This document shows, piece by piece, positions 1-8,793 of a DNA stretch of 39,691 nt. This DNA comes from Halobacteriales archaeon QS_9_67_15. Lineage in GTDB: Archaea > Halobacteriota > Halobacteria > Halobacteriales > Haloarculaceae. Both the position numbers and the translations under genes were made by a program. Under the pieces are notes generated by a model, which saw nothing but the letters and a program-made list of their open reading frames with translations, did not search any database and was not told where the DNA came from. The DNA lies in assembly GCA_003023165.1 (NCBI GenBank), contig PXSD01000072.1:1-39691 (forward strand), written 5' to 3'. Numbering within the stretch: position 1 is the stretch's first letter; every line of letters begins with the position of its first letter.

Positions 1-101
1 GCAGCGGCTGTCCCTGCGAATGCGACGGTGCCTCCGAACACGGAGACGACCATCAGCATCGTCAGGAACAAACTGCGAAGTTTGTCGTTAGTTCCTGTCA
101 T
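1..101 (-). CDS. 5' end (partial) of a surface glycoprotein / S-layer-type protein with a haloarchaeal signal peptide
   Basis: Hand translation from CAT at 99-101 gives MTGTNDKLRSLFLTMLMVVSVFGGTVAFAGTAA(A). This closely resembles haloarchaeal cell-surface-glycoprotein signal peptides (KLR..L..LMV.SV....VAF.G.AAA). It runs off the window edge and is not in the ORF track. Confidence 0.8.
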   Translation of the reverse strand, partial: MTGTNDKLRSLFLTMLMVVSVFGGTVAFAGTAA

Positions 102-250
102 AGTTTGTTGGATCTGCTGTCAGCGGCCACAGTAACTTTCCGACCACGCGGACACGCGACCCGAGCGGGCCGCGCCGAACCGAACGGTGTACTCGATACT
201 GCAACCATGGGCAGGGGTACGGTACGAACCAACGCCGGATGTAATAAATG
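102..250 (-). promoter_or_regulatory. TATA box and long (~120 nt) 5' leader of the surface glycoprotein gene
   Basis: TTTATTA on the minus strand at 248-242 predicts a start near 220, about 120 nt upstream of the ATG at 101. Long leaders are known for haloarchaeal csg mRNAs. Confidence 0.55.
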
Positions 251-507
251 CTTTGTGGTCACGACGCCGGAAGGAGCCACCCGGGAAACCGCCAGATCAC
301 CCAGTAGAACCGCTTTGTGACACGTTCACGTACACCCATTCACGTGTCAGACGCCTGTCTTTCGGAAGTCTGACTGACGGTCTATTAAGTATCGGAAAGC
401 GGCGCGTAGACCCCTACTGACTTGCTGCGAAGAAACGTTGGTCGATTCGAGGCGCCGACTTCGACCTCCCGCGCATGACATCGGTGCGCCAGCGCGTCGA
501 CTTCGAC

Positions 508-1245
508 CTACGACGTGACGACTTCGACTTCGTGGCCGTCCGGGTCTTTCGTGAACCCATAATTGTTGTCGCAGCTCTCGGGGTCGCGGTAGTCCGCTGC
601 TTCGCGAGTCATGAGCGACTCCCAGCTGTCGTCGAGGTCGTCGACGCGGACGGCGAGGTGGCCCCAGGCGTCACCCAGCTCGTAGGACCGACCGTCGTAG
701 TTGTAGGTGAGTTCGACGGCCATCGCCTCGTCTGCGGCGTCCTCGGGCTTCACGAAGTAGTTCGCGAAGGTGTCCGCCTCCCAGCGCCCGGTGTGTTCGT
801 GCTCGAACTTGCGGGTCCACCAGCCGAGATGGTCGTCGGCGTCCTCGTGGTCGATGCTCCAGCGAGCGCCGAAGTCCCGCTCGACGATCTCGATCTCGTG
901 GCCGTCCGGGTCCGTGACGAACGCGTAGCCGGGGTTGTCCTCGGGCCGGCGGTAGTCCTCGACGCCCTCGTCCATCAGTTCGTAGTAGGCGTCGTGGACG
1001 TCCTCGACGCGGACGGCGATGTGTCCCCAGCCGTCGCCCATCGTGTACGACCGACCGTCGTGGTTGTACGTGAGTTCGAGCAGCGCGCCCTCGTCGTGGA
1101 CGTCTTCCGGACCGAGGAAGACGTTCGTGAAGGTGTCGGCTTCCCAGCGACCCTTCTCCTCGTAGTCGAGGTGTGTCCGGTACCAGTCGAGCGATTCCTC
1201 GAGGTCTTCGACGCGCATCATCGTGTGGTCGAGTGTCCCGTCCAT
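508..1245 (-). CDS. gloA: Two-domain VOC family glyoxalase I (lactoylglutathione lyase); domain 2 has a 5-aa deletion
   Basis: Duplicated motifs DHTMMRVEDL..ELTYN..GxGWGHIA..DPDGHEIE. Start MDGTLDH at 1245. Confidence 0.88.
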   Translation of the reverse strand: MDGTLDHTMMRVEDLEESLDWYRTHLDYEEKGRWEADTFTNVFLGPEDVHDEGALLELTYNHDGRSYTMGDGWGHIAVRVEDVHDAYYELMDEGVEDYRRPEDNPGYAFVTDPDGHEIEIVERDFGARWSIDHEDADDHLGWWTRKFEHEHTGRWEADTFANYFVKPEDAADEAMAVELTYNYDGRSYELGDAWGHLAVRVDDLDDSWESLMTREAADYRDPESCDNNYGFTKDPDGHEVEVVTS

Positions 1246-1374
1246 AGCCGAAATCAGGGTAGCCACGTCGAAAAGGATACCGAACGCGGAACTCATACGG
1301 TCGGTTGTAGCTATTTACCGCCGCTCGTCTACCCGGTGACGACGATCGGCGGTAAGAGACTACAACCGACCGTA

Positions 1375-1812
1375 TCAGGGACGGCTCGTCCACGCGGCGA
1401 GTGCGAGGAACGCGGCCCCGAGCGGGAGCGCGACCACACCGACGCGGTACGAGGAGAACCCGACCGCCGCGTAACACACGTCGAGCGCGGCGAGCGCGAA
1501 CAAACCGGCGGTGACGCGGCGGTCTTCGCGACCGATCCGGGCGAGCGAAACGCTCGCGACGCCACTGCCGTACAGGAGCGTCGCGGTCGGCCACGCGAGC
1601 AGGGAGGTGGGGAGCCCGCGCGTGTACACGAAGACGTAGTGGTACACCGACGTCAGCGAGAGCGTCTCCGGGTTCGCGAGGGCGACCGAGAGGACGAGAC
1701 TGTGCCCGTCGCCGAAGGGGACGACCAGCCACGGGACGAGCCCGGCGAGAACCACCGCGACGACTCGAGAAGGGACGGCGCTGGCAACTGTGTCTGTGTC
1801 GGGCCGACTCAT
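1375..1812 (-). CDS. Conserved haloarchaeal membrane protein (TIGR04206-like), coupled to drg
   Basis: Hydrophobic MSRPDTD...LPTSLLAWP...REDRRVTAGL. Its start overlaps the drg stop (ATGA). Confidence 0.75.
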   Translation of the reverse strand: MSRPDTDTVASAVPSRVVAVVLAGLVPWLVVPFGDGHSLVLSVALANPETLSLTSVYHYVFVYTRGLPTSLLAWPTATLLYGSGVASVSLARIGREDRRVTAGLFALAALDVCYAAVGFSSYRVGVVALPLGAAFLALAAWTSRP

Positions 1813-2918
1813 CGAGTCGTCAGGATGCGGAGCACGTCCTCGTCGGCGAGTTCGTGGTCGATCCCGACCTGCTGTTGGTCGTGTTTCGCGCTTGGGCCGG
1901 AGACGCGTGCGAACCTGAATCGATTCTCGAACTCGCCGCCGAGTTTCTCGCAGGCGTCTTCGATCGTGTCGCCATGACGGAGGACGAGCGGTTCGTCGTA
2001 GTCGACGCCGCGGCCCGGTTTGTCCATGTAGACCCGGATGAGGCCGAGGTCCTCCCAGACCGCCTCTGTGAGCGAGTCCAACCCCTTCTGTTCCTCGGCG
2101 CTGATGAAGATGGCCTCCTCGGGGTCGATGTCGTGTTCGCGCAGGTCCTCGTGAACCGTCTCGAGGTAGTCCGGTTCGATGAGGTCGGCCTTGTTGACCG
2201 TCACGAGCGACGGCAGGTACTCCCGGTTGTCGAGGACGCCGTCGATGAGCCGGTCGATGTCGACCTGTTCGCCGATGTTCACGTTCGCGTTGACGTACCC
2301 GCGCTCGCGGAGGACGCTCTTGATGGTCTCTTCGCCGAGGTCGAGGTCGACGCTGGATGTCACATTGATCCCGTCTTTGTGCTTCTTCCGGATGGTGACG
2401 CGTGGGGGTTCGGTGTCGATGCGGACCTTGTTGTTGTACAGTTCCTCGGACAGCCGCGCGTACTGGTCGATCTCGAAGACGGAGAGGACGAAGACCACGA
2501 GGTCCGCCGTGCGGACGACCGAGAGGACGGCCTGCCCGTCGCCGCGACCGTCGGCGGCGCCCTCGATGAGCCCCGGAACGTCCAGTATCTGGATGTTCGC
2601 GCCGTTGTACTGGAGCATTCCGGGATTGATATCCAGCGTCGTGAACTCGTAGGAGCCGACCTCGCTCTCGGCGTTCGTGAGGGCGTTGAGCAGCGTCGAC
2701 TTGCCGACGCTCGGGAAGCCGACGAGGGCGACGGTCGCGTCGCCGGTCTTCTCGACGGCGTACCCAGTCCCCCCGCCCGCCGAGGACTGGTTCTCGAGCT
2801 CCTCCTTTTTTTCCGCGAGCTTCGCTTTCAGCCGGCCGATGTGTCCCTCGGTCGACTTGTTGTAGGGCGTGGTCGCGATCTCCTCTTCGATCTCGCGGAT
2901 CTCCTCTTCGAGCCCCAT
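1809..2918 (-). CDS. drg: Drg/OBG family GTP-binding protein with TGS domain
   Basis: TPYNKSTEGHIGRLKAKLA, G1 GFPSVGKS, YEFTTL, DVPG, NKAD. Start MGLEEE at 2918. Confidence 0.95.
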   Translation of the reverse strand: MGLEEEIREIEEEIATTPYNKSTEGHIGRLKAKLAEKKEELENQSSAGGGTGYAVEKTGDATVALVGFPSVGKSTLLNALTNAESEVGSYEFTTLDINPGMLQYNGANIQILDVPGLIEGAADGRGDGQAVLSVVRTADLVVFVLSVFEIDQYARLSEELYNNKVRIDTEPPRVTIRKKHKDGINVTSSVDLDLGEETIKSVLRERGYVNANVNIGEQVDIDRLIDGVLDNREYLPSLVTVNKADLIEPDYLETVHEDLREHDIDPEEAIFISAEEQKGLDSLTEAVWEDLGLIRVYMDKPGRGVDYDEPLVLRHGDTIEDACEKLGGEFENRFRFARVSGPSAKHDQQQVGIDHELADEDVLRILTTR

Positions 2919-3064
2919 TGTCTGTGAGTCGGCAACCGGCACCGAAAAAGGTGTTCTTCCGGGCCGGTGTCGAGCGGCCGAAACGTGTAACACAGAAATA
3001 TAGTTCTGTCAATAGAAGATGCGTTTCGACAAACTAATACGACGAGAGGTGGATATCCTCGACA

Positions 3065-3206
3065 ATGTCAGACCCGGGACGACCTCGAAGAGCGGTTCAC
3101 GCTGACGATCCGCACGGAGGGGTGTCGGGTGCGTATCATCGGCAGTCCGGTCGAGATCAAAGGCGCGAGCGACTTTCTCGCGAGAAACGGCGTCTCGCTC
3201 GCCTGA
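3065..3206 (+). pseudogene. Small conserved haloarchaeal protein (VNG_1110C-like), internally deleted and frameshifted
   Basis: MSDP from 3065, then in another frame DDLEERFTLTIRTEGCRVRIIGSPVEIKGASDFLARNGVSLA* (TGA 3204-3206). The 142-nt span is not a multiple of 3. It lies between drg and rpl11, where this family usually sits. Confidence 0.65.
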
Positions 3207-3367
3207 AACGGCGGGACCCGATAGCGACAAACGACCCTGTCCTGCAAAACTGTCTCTCAGCGGTTCTGATACTGCCGGCTGTAACTTCGTGAAGATATTC
3301 GCCGCCCCGGGGCGGCGAAATTCGTGACAGACGTACAGCCGGCAGTATGAGTCGTGGGTCGGTGTGT

Positions 3368-4231
3368 CTACGCCGGGCCGTGTGCGGTCGAGCCGGAGCG
3401 GATAGCGTTCGCGAGGAGCGGTCGCATCAACCCGACGAGCGGGGCGCGTTCGTCGTCGGTCCAGACGGCGCTGTGGCGGTCGACGCTGGGGAGGTCGGTT
3501 TCGAGGTTGGAACTGACCAGCAGTTCGCGACCGTCCGCCATGAGGATCGAGCTGATCTCGCCCGGTTCGATCGGGTGGTCTTCCCACCAGGTCCACGTTT
3601 CGAGGACGGTCGCGCCCGGCGCGAGGTCGCCGATCGTCTCGCGGACCACCGGGCTCGGGGACCCGACAGTGATGGTGACGCCGCGCTCGTCGGCGGCCGA
3701 CAGCGACCGGCGCAGTTCTTCGGTGAGCAGGCTCTCGACGGCGACGACGAGCAGGAGTTCGTCCGTCGCGTCGTCGGCGAGTCCGACGAGTCGGTCGCTG
3801 ACCGCGTCGTCGCCCTCCACGACCCAGACCCCTGCTCGCTCGTCACGGGGTTCGGGCGACTGCAGGCGCGGGAGGAGTCCGTCGAGCCGGTCGAGCCGTT
3901 CGCCGTACTCGCGGCGGATCGTCTCGACGGCGTCGCGGGGCTCCGGCGCGCGGAACTGTCGCGGTTGGGAGTCCTGTACGTCGGCGAGCCCGCGCTCCCG
4001 TAGGGACTCGACGCTGTCGTAGACGCGCGGGCGGGGCACGTCCGCGATGTCTGCGAGTTCGCGTGCCGTGCCGTGGCCGATGCGCGTCAACGCGACGAAA
4101 CACTTCGCCTCGTAGCCCGTCAGCCCGAACGTCTCCAGCAGTGTCGTCGTCTCGGCGACCAGGTCGTCTCCGTCCGGACCGGCGGCGGACTCGTCGTTCG
4201 ACATTGATACCGATGGTCTCTCAGAGGACAT
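3368..4231 (-). CDS. TrmB family transcriptional regulator
   Basis: FGLTGYEAKCFVAL..GTARELADIADVPRPRVYD wHTH domain plus a C-terminal effector domain. Start at 4231 or 4204. Confidence 0.9.
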   Translation of the reverse strand: MSSERPSVSMSNDESAAGPDGDDLVAETTTLLETFGLTGYEAKCFVALTRIGHGTARELADIADVPRPRVYDSVESLRERGLADVQDSQPRQFRAPEPRDAVETIRREYGERLDRLDGLLPRLQSPEPRDERAGVWVVEGDDAVSDRLVGLADDATDELLLVVAVESLLTEELRRSLSAADERGVTITVGSPSPVVRETIGDLAPGATVLETWTWWEDHPIEPGEISSILMADGRELLVSSNLETDLPSVDRHSAVWTDDERAPLVGLMRPLLANAIRSGSTAHGPA

Positions 4232-4356
4232 TGTACGGTCGGTGTAATAACGGTGGTCGTTCACGACGGCTCGTTGTGCTCCCGGGCGAGTGATGCGTCC
4301 GGCCACGCCGGCCGCCGGAATCGTTCTCTCGTTCGGTTGTCGACACGTCCGACACC

Positions 4357-5340
4357 TCAGGCGACCTGGTCGTCGGCGTCGAGCAGTTCTGTGTAGCGGT
4401 CCCGGATGGTCACCGCGGAGACGTCGGCGGCGTCTGCGACCTCGTGCTGGGTCACGTCGACGTTCGTCAGCCGACCGGCCGCGTATATCGCGGCCGCCGC
4501 GAGGCCCACGGGGTTCTTGCCCGAGTGGACCGCCTCTCGCTTGCCCGCTTCGAGGAGTTCGACCGCGCGCTGTTTCGTCTCCTCGGGCAGGTCGAGGTCC
4601 GAGATCAGTCGCGGGACGTACTGAGCCGGGTCGGTCGGCTCCATCGCGAGTTCGAGTTCGCGGGCGATGTATCGGTACGCGCGTGCGAACTCCTTCCGCT
4701 CGACTCGACTGACGGTTTCGAGTTCGTCGAGCGTGCGCGGGACGCCCGCCTGTCGTGCGCCCGCGTAGAGGGACCCGGTCGCCATCGCCTCGATGGACCG
4801 GCCCGGGATGAGTTCCTCGTCGAGCGCGCGGCGGTAGATGACCGACGCGGTCTCGCGGGCGTCCTTCGGGATGCCCAGCGCGGAGGCCATCCGGTCGACC
4901 TCCCCCAGCGCCTGCTTCAGGTTACGGTCCTGTGCGCTCTGGGAACGGAAGCGTTCGTCCCACGTGCGCAGGCGCGACATCTGTTCGCGCTTCTTCGCGG
5001 AGAGGGTCTGGCCGTGGGCGTCCTTGTTCTGCCAGTCGATGACCGAGGAGAGCCCCTTGTCGTGGAGCATCTCCGTCGTCGGCGACCCGACGCGGCTCTT
5101 CTCGGCCTTGTCGCGCGCGTCGAACGACCGCCACTCCGGCCCGCGGTCGACGACGTCCTCTTCCAGCACGACGCCACACTCCCGACAGACTGTCTCCCCG
5201 CGCTTCTCGTTCGTGATCCCTGCCGCACCGCACTCGGGGCACTCGTTCCGCTCGGACTTCGAGTCGGCCTCGGCCTCCTCGTCCTCACGTTCAAATGGCT
5301 GGACGTGACGGCCCGTAACTCGCTGGTTGGCGCTTGTCAT
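4357..5340 (-). CDS. tfb: Transcription initiation factor IIB (TFB paralog)
   Basis: Zinc ribbon CPECG...CRECG, GPEWRSF, LHDKGLS, two cyclin repeats, HSGKNPVGLAAAAIY. Confidence 0.96.
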   Translation of the reverse strand: MTSANQRVTGRHVQPFEREDEEAEADSKSERNECPECGAAGITNEKRGETVCRECGVVLEEDVVDRGPEWRSFDARDKAEKSRVGSPTTEMLHDKGLSSVIDWQNKDAHGQTLSAKKREQMSRLRTWDERFRSQSAQDRNLKQALGEVDRMASALGIPKDARETASVIYRRALDEELIPGRSIEAMATGSLYAGARQAGVPRTLDELETVSRVERKEFARAYRYIARELELAMEPTDPAQYVPRLISDLDLPEETKQRAVELLEAGKREAVHSGKNPVGLAAAAIYAAGRLTNVDVTQHEVADAADVSAVTIRDRYTELLDADDQVA

Positions 5341-5603
5341 GGTGCGTGCCGAGTCGGCAGCGTGTCGCCACCGACCCGTGTTTCGGCATCCCGTTCTTAG
5401 AGCTACTGATTAAAATAGTTATCGCCTCGTTGTTACAGAAGTAGTTACAATACGGTTGTCCGGATGAGCGGACGGTTTTCGACTGGATCCGGAAGCGGGT
5501 TCCAGCGGTCAGAAGCGGGCATCGAGCCACGGTACAACGGTAGTGACAGTGAGAACCATACCCTACATGTGTCACTGTGACACACCGCGTCCGGGAAAAG
5601 CAA

Positions 5604-5611
5604 TTCTTAAA
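5604..5611 (+). promoter_or_regulatory. TATA box of rpl11 (leaderless transcript)
   Basis: TTCTTAAA preceded by purine-rich GAAAAG, about 25 nt before the ATG at 5636. Confidence 0.6.
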
Positions 5612-5635
5612 CCTGCCCCGTCGGTTTCACCGTGT

Positions 5636-6124
5636 ATGGCTGGAACCATCGAAGTGCTCGTCCCGGGCGGGCAGGCCGATCCGGGCCCGCCCCTCGGACC
5701 GGAGCTCGGTCCGACCCCCGTGGACGTGCAGGCGGTCGTCCAGGAGATCAACGACCGGACCGAAGCGTTCGACGGGACGGAAGTCCCCGTCACCGTCGAG
5801 TACGAGGACGACGGTTCGTTCTCGATCGAGGTCGGCGTCCCGCCGACGGCCGAGCTCATCAAAGACGAGGCCGGCTTCGAGACGGGCAGCGGCGAACCCC
5901 AGGAGACCTTCGTTGCCGACCTCTCCACCGAACAGGTCAAACAGATCGCCGAGCAGAAACACCCCGACCTGCTCGCCTATGACCTAAAGAACGCCGCGAA
6001 GGAAGTCGTCGGCACCTGCACCTCGCTGGGCGTCACCATCGAGGGCAACGACCCCCGCGAGTTCAAAGGGCGGATCGACGAGGGCGAATACGACGACGTG
6101 TTTGCAGACGAAGCGGCCGCGTAA
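5636..6124 (+). CDS. rpl11: 50S ribosomal protein uL11
   Basis: MAGTIEVLVPGGQADPGPPLGPELG...KEVVGTCTSLGV. Confidence 0.97.
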   Translation: MAGTIEVLVPGGQADPGPPLGPELGPTPVDVQAVVQEINDRTEAFDGTEVPVTVEYEDDGSFSIEVGVPPTAELIKDEAGFETGSGEPQETFVADLSTEQVKQIAEQKHPDLLAYDLKNAAKEVVGTCTSLGVTIEGNDPREFKGRIDEGEYDDVFADEAAA

Positions 6125-6200
6125 GCCGCTGTTGATGACGCAAAGCCTCGCAAAACGGGCGGAACGAGTTTTACGGTTTGTTCGCCGAGGAAGCGGCGGC

Positions 6201-6470
6201 ATGACGGACCGCGAATCCGTCCAGCTTCGGAGTATCGACGAACGGGCGTGAGACGCGGTCCGTCGCCCGACGCGACCGAGCACGGTCCAGCGGATGTCGC
6301 GGTGACGGTCAACGCGGTTCCGAACGGGTTCGCCGTCGAAGACGACGGGACTGGACTGGACTCGGACTGTCGGTCGTCGAGGGGATCGCAGACGGGCACG
6401 GCTGGTCGGTCGCGTATCGGTCCGAAGCGGACCGGTCACGCTTCGAGGTGACCGGCGTCGAAAGCCAGAA
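6201..6470 (+). pseudogene. Collapsed histidine kinase (HATPase_c) remnant between rpl11 and rpl1
   Basis: Three fragments: [40 protein letters not shown], and [27 protein letters not shown]. They match the N, G1 and G2 boxes of the intact kinase at 8794-10722. Confidence 0.75.
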
Positions 6471-6502
6471 GCGGAGTGACGCTCTCGCGGCGGTCCGACG
6501 GG

Positions 6503-6594
6503 TTTAAGTGTCGCATCGGCGTCCCATCAGGTGAGACAGGCTTTGCCTGTTTCACTGACCCGTAGGAGCCGTTGGCGTACTACGGAGGTGAACA
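6503..6594 (+). promoter_or_regulatory. rpl1-rpl10-rpl12 promoter and structured leader, putative uL1 autoregulatory site
   Basis: TTTAAG at 6503-6508. Hairpin gtgagacaggc-ttt-gcctgtttcac at 6531-6555. Stem ccgtag-ga-gcc-gtt-ggc-gta-ctacgg at 6560-6585 overlaps the SD GGAGGTG. Confidence 0.65.
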
Positions 6595-7233
6595 ATGGCA
6601 GATCAGGAAATAGAGAACGCAGTAACTCGTGCACTCGAGGACGCACCGCCCCGGAACTTCCGGGAGACGGTCGACCTCGCGATAAACTTGCGCGACATCG
6701 ACTTAGACGACCCGTCGAACCGCGTCGACCAGGACGTGGTCCTCCCGTCCGGGACCGGACAGGAGACCCAGATCGTCGTGTTCGCGGAGGGCGAGACCGC
6801 TCTGCGCGCCGAGGAAGCCGCAGAGGAAGTCCTCGACGGCGACGACCTCGCGGACCTGGGAGACAACGACAACGAGGCCAAGGACCTGGCCGACGAAACC
6901 GACTTCTTCCTCGCGGAGGAAAACATGATGCAGGACATCGGTCGGTACCTGGGGACAGTCCTCGGCCCGCGTGGGAAGATGCCCGACCCGATCGCGCCGG
7001 ACGACGACGTGGTCGAGATGGTCGAGCGTCTCAAGAACTCCGTCACCGTGCGGAGCCGCGACCGGCGCACGTTCCACACGCGCGTCGGTGCCGAGGACAT
7101 GTCCGCCGAGAACATCGGCGACAACATCGACGTGATCCTCCGGCGACTCCACGCGGACCTCGAGAAGGGCCCCCTCAACGTCGACTCCATCTACGTGAAG
7201 ACGACGATGGGGCCGGCAGTGGAGGTCGCCTGA
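6595..7233 (+). CDS. rpl1: 50S ribosomal protein uL1
   Basis: [38 protein letters not shown]. Confidence 0.97.
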   Translation: MADQEIENAVTRALEDAPPRNFRETVDLAINLRDIDLDDPSNRVDQDVVLPSGTGQETQIVVFAEGETALRAEEAAEEVLDGDDLADLGDNDNEAKDLADETDFFLAEENMMQDIGRYLGTVLGPRGKMPDPIAPDDDVVEMVERLKNSVTVRSRDRRTFHTRVGAEDMSAENIGDNIDVILRRLHADLEKGPLNVDSIYVKTTMGPAVEVA

Positions 7234-7234
7234 C

Positions 7235-8278
7235 ATGAGCGCAGAACGCAAGACAGAGACCATCCCGCAGTGGAAGCAGGACGAGGTCGCCGACATCGTC
7301 GAGATGATCGGATCCTACGACAGCGTCGGGATCGTCGACATCACTGGCATCCCGTCCCGACAGCTCCAGGACATGCGTCGGGACCTCTACGGGACCGCCG
7401 AACTCCGCGTCTCGCGGAACACGCTCGTCTAGCGCGCGCTCGAAGAGGTCGGCGGGGGTCTCGAACAGCTGACCGACTACGTCTCCGGACAGGTCGGGCT
7501 CATCGGGACCAACGACAACCCCTTCGGGCTCTTCCAGCAGCTGGAAGCCTCGAAGACGCCGGCACCGATCAACGCCGGCGAGGTCGCCACGGACGACATC
7601 GTCGTCCCCGAGGGTGACACGGGGGTCGACCCCGGTCCGTTCGTCGGCGACCTCCAGAGCGTGGGCGCGAACGCCCGCATCCAGGAGGGTTCGATCCAGG
7701 TCATGGAGGACTCGACCGTCCTCGAGGCCGGCGAGGAGGTCTCGGCCGACCTCGCGAACGTCCTGAGCGAACTCGGCATCGAGCCGAAGGAAGTCGGGCT
7801 GGACCTGCGCGCCGTCTACGCCGAGGGCGTCCGCTTCGAGCCCGAGGAGCTCGAACTGGACGTCGCGGAGTACCGGGCGGACGTCGAGGCGGCGGCCGCG
7901 CGCGGTCGCAACCTCGCCGTCAACGCCAGCTACCCGACGGACCGGACGGCCCCGACCCTGCTCCAGCAGGCTCGCGGCGACGCCAAGAGCCTCGGTCTGC
8001 AGGCGTCGATCGAGAGCCCGGACCTGGCCGACGACCTCGTCTCGAAGGCCGACGCGCAGGTGCGCGCGCTGACCGCGCAGGTCGACGACCCCGAGGCCCT
8101 GCCCGAGGACCTGCAGGACGTCGAGGAGCCCGCAGCCGCATCGACTGACGACCAACCCGACACCGAGGACGACGCCGACGACGTCGACGAGGAATCGGAA
8201 GCCGAGGCCGACGAGGCCACGGACGACGATGACGACGACGACGAAGACGCCGGCGACGCACTCGGAGCCATGTTCTAA
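7235..8278 (+). CDS. rpl10: 50S ribosomal protein uL10/P0, interrupted by one in-frame TAG at 7430-7432
   Basis: [14 protein letters not shown]...[14 protein letters not shown]... continues in the same frame through [12 protein letters not shown] to the acidic tail DALGAMF*. 1044 nt total. Confidence 0.9.
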
Positions 8279-8283
8279 CAACA

Positions 8284-8625
8284 ATGGAATACGTTTACGC
8301 AGCACTCATCCTGAACGAAACGGACGCAGAGATCAACGAAGAAAACCTGACCGACGTGCTCGAAGCCGCCGGCGTCGACGTGGAGGAGTCCCGCGTCAAG
8401 GCGCTCGTCGCGGCGCTTGAAGACGTCGACATCGACGACGCGGTCGAGCAGGCCGCGGCCGTCCCCGCAACGACCGGCGGCGCGGCCGGCGGCGCTGGCG
8501 ACGAGGCCGAGCCCGACGACGACGGCGGCGACGAAGAGAAAACCGAAGCCGACGACAGCGACGGCGACGACGACGACGACGACGAAGAGGCCAGCGGCGA
8601 GGGCCTCGGCGAGCTGTTCGGCTAA
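8284..8625 (+). CDS. rpl12: 50S ribosomal stalk protein P1 (archaeal L12)
   Basis: [10 protein letters not shown]...acidic hinge...GLGELFG. Confidence 0.97.
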   Translation: MEYVYAALILNETDAEINEENLTDVLEAAGVDVEESRVKALVAALEDVDIDDAVEQAAAVPATTGGAAGGAGDEAEPDDDGGDEEKTEADDSDGDDDDDDEEASGEGLGELFG

Positions 8626-8645
8626 CGCCAGGTACACCTTCTCCG

Positions 8646-8773
8646 ATTTATCGAAGTGATAAGTGGCTGCTGTATCTCGCCTCTTCTGTCTCCATCGATT
8701 GTTTAGAGGGGTTCTTTAATTATCAAAAGTGAGTCCCCGTGGCGATGATATATATAATAATTTATCGAAGTGA
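8646..8773 (+). repeat. 14-bp direct repeat ATTTATCGAAGTGA bracketing an AT-rich promoter region
   Basis: Exact copies at 8646-8659 and 8760-8773, with a degenerate ATTATCAAAAGTGA at about 8719-8732. Confidence 0.6.
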
Positions 8774-8793
8774 GGGGAGAGGCAGTCAGACCG

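Noticed and set aside
318-470. Inverted repeats (tgacacgt/acgtgtca, gtcagac/gtctgac) and a plus-strand TATTAAG suggesting an sRNA
   Set aside because: Short arms with long spacers and no recognisable RNA fold or ORF; not supportable without expression data.
475-1977. Long ORFs such as 475-1977(+), 10381-12489(-), 20810-22504(+), 26767-28548(-), 32464-34062(-) and 36340-37713(+)
   Set aside because: Antisense shadows of clearly identified genes; high GC suppresses stop codons and the products have no motifs.
5543-5581. Imperfect inverted repeat gtgacagtga/tcactgtgac upstream of rpl11
   Set aside because: Single imperfect occurrence that could be chance.
7430-7432. Genome-wide TAG reassignment (pyrrolysine code)
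   Set aside because: gloA, trmB, the acyl-CoA ligase, tctA, nuoM, the peroxiredoxin and the P450 all end at TAG at expected lengths. No pyl genes are in the window.
8150-8600. (GAC)n tracts
   Set aside because: They encode the normal poly-Asp hinges of stalk proteins; not a repeat array or CRISPR.
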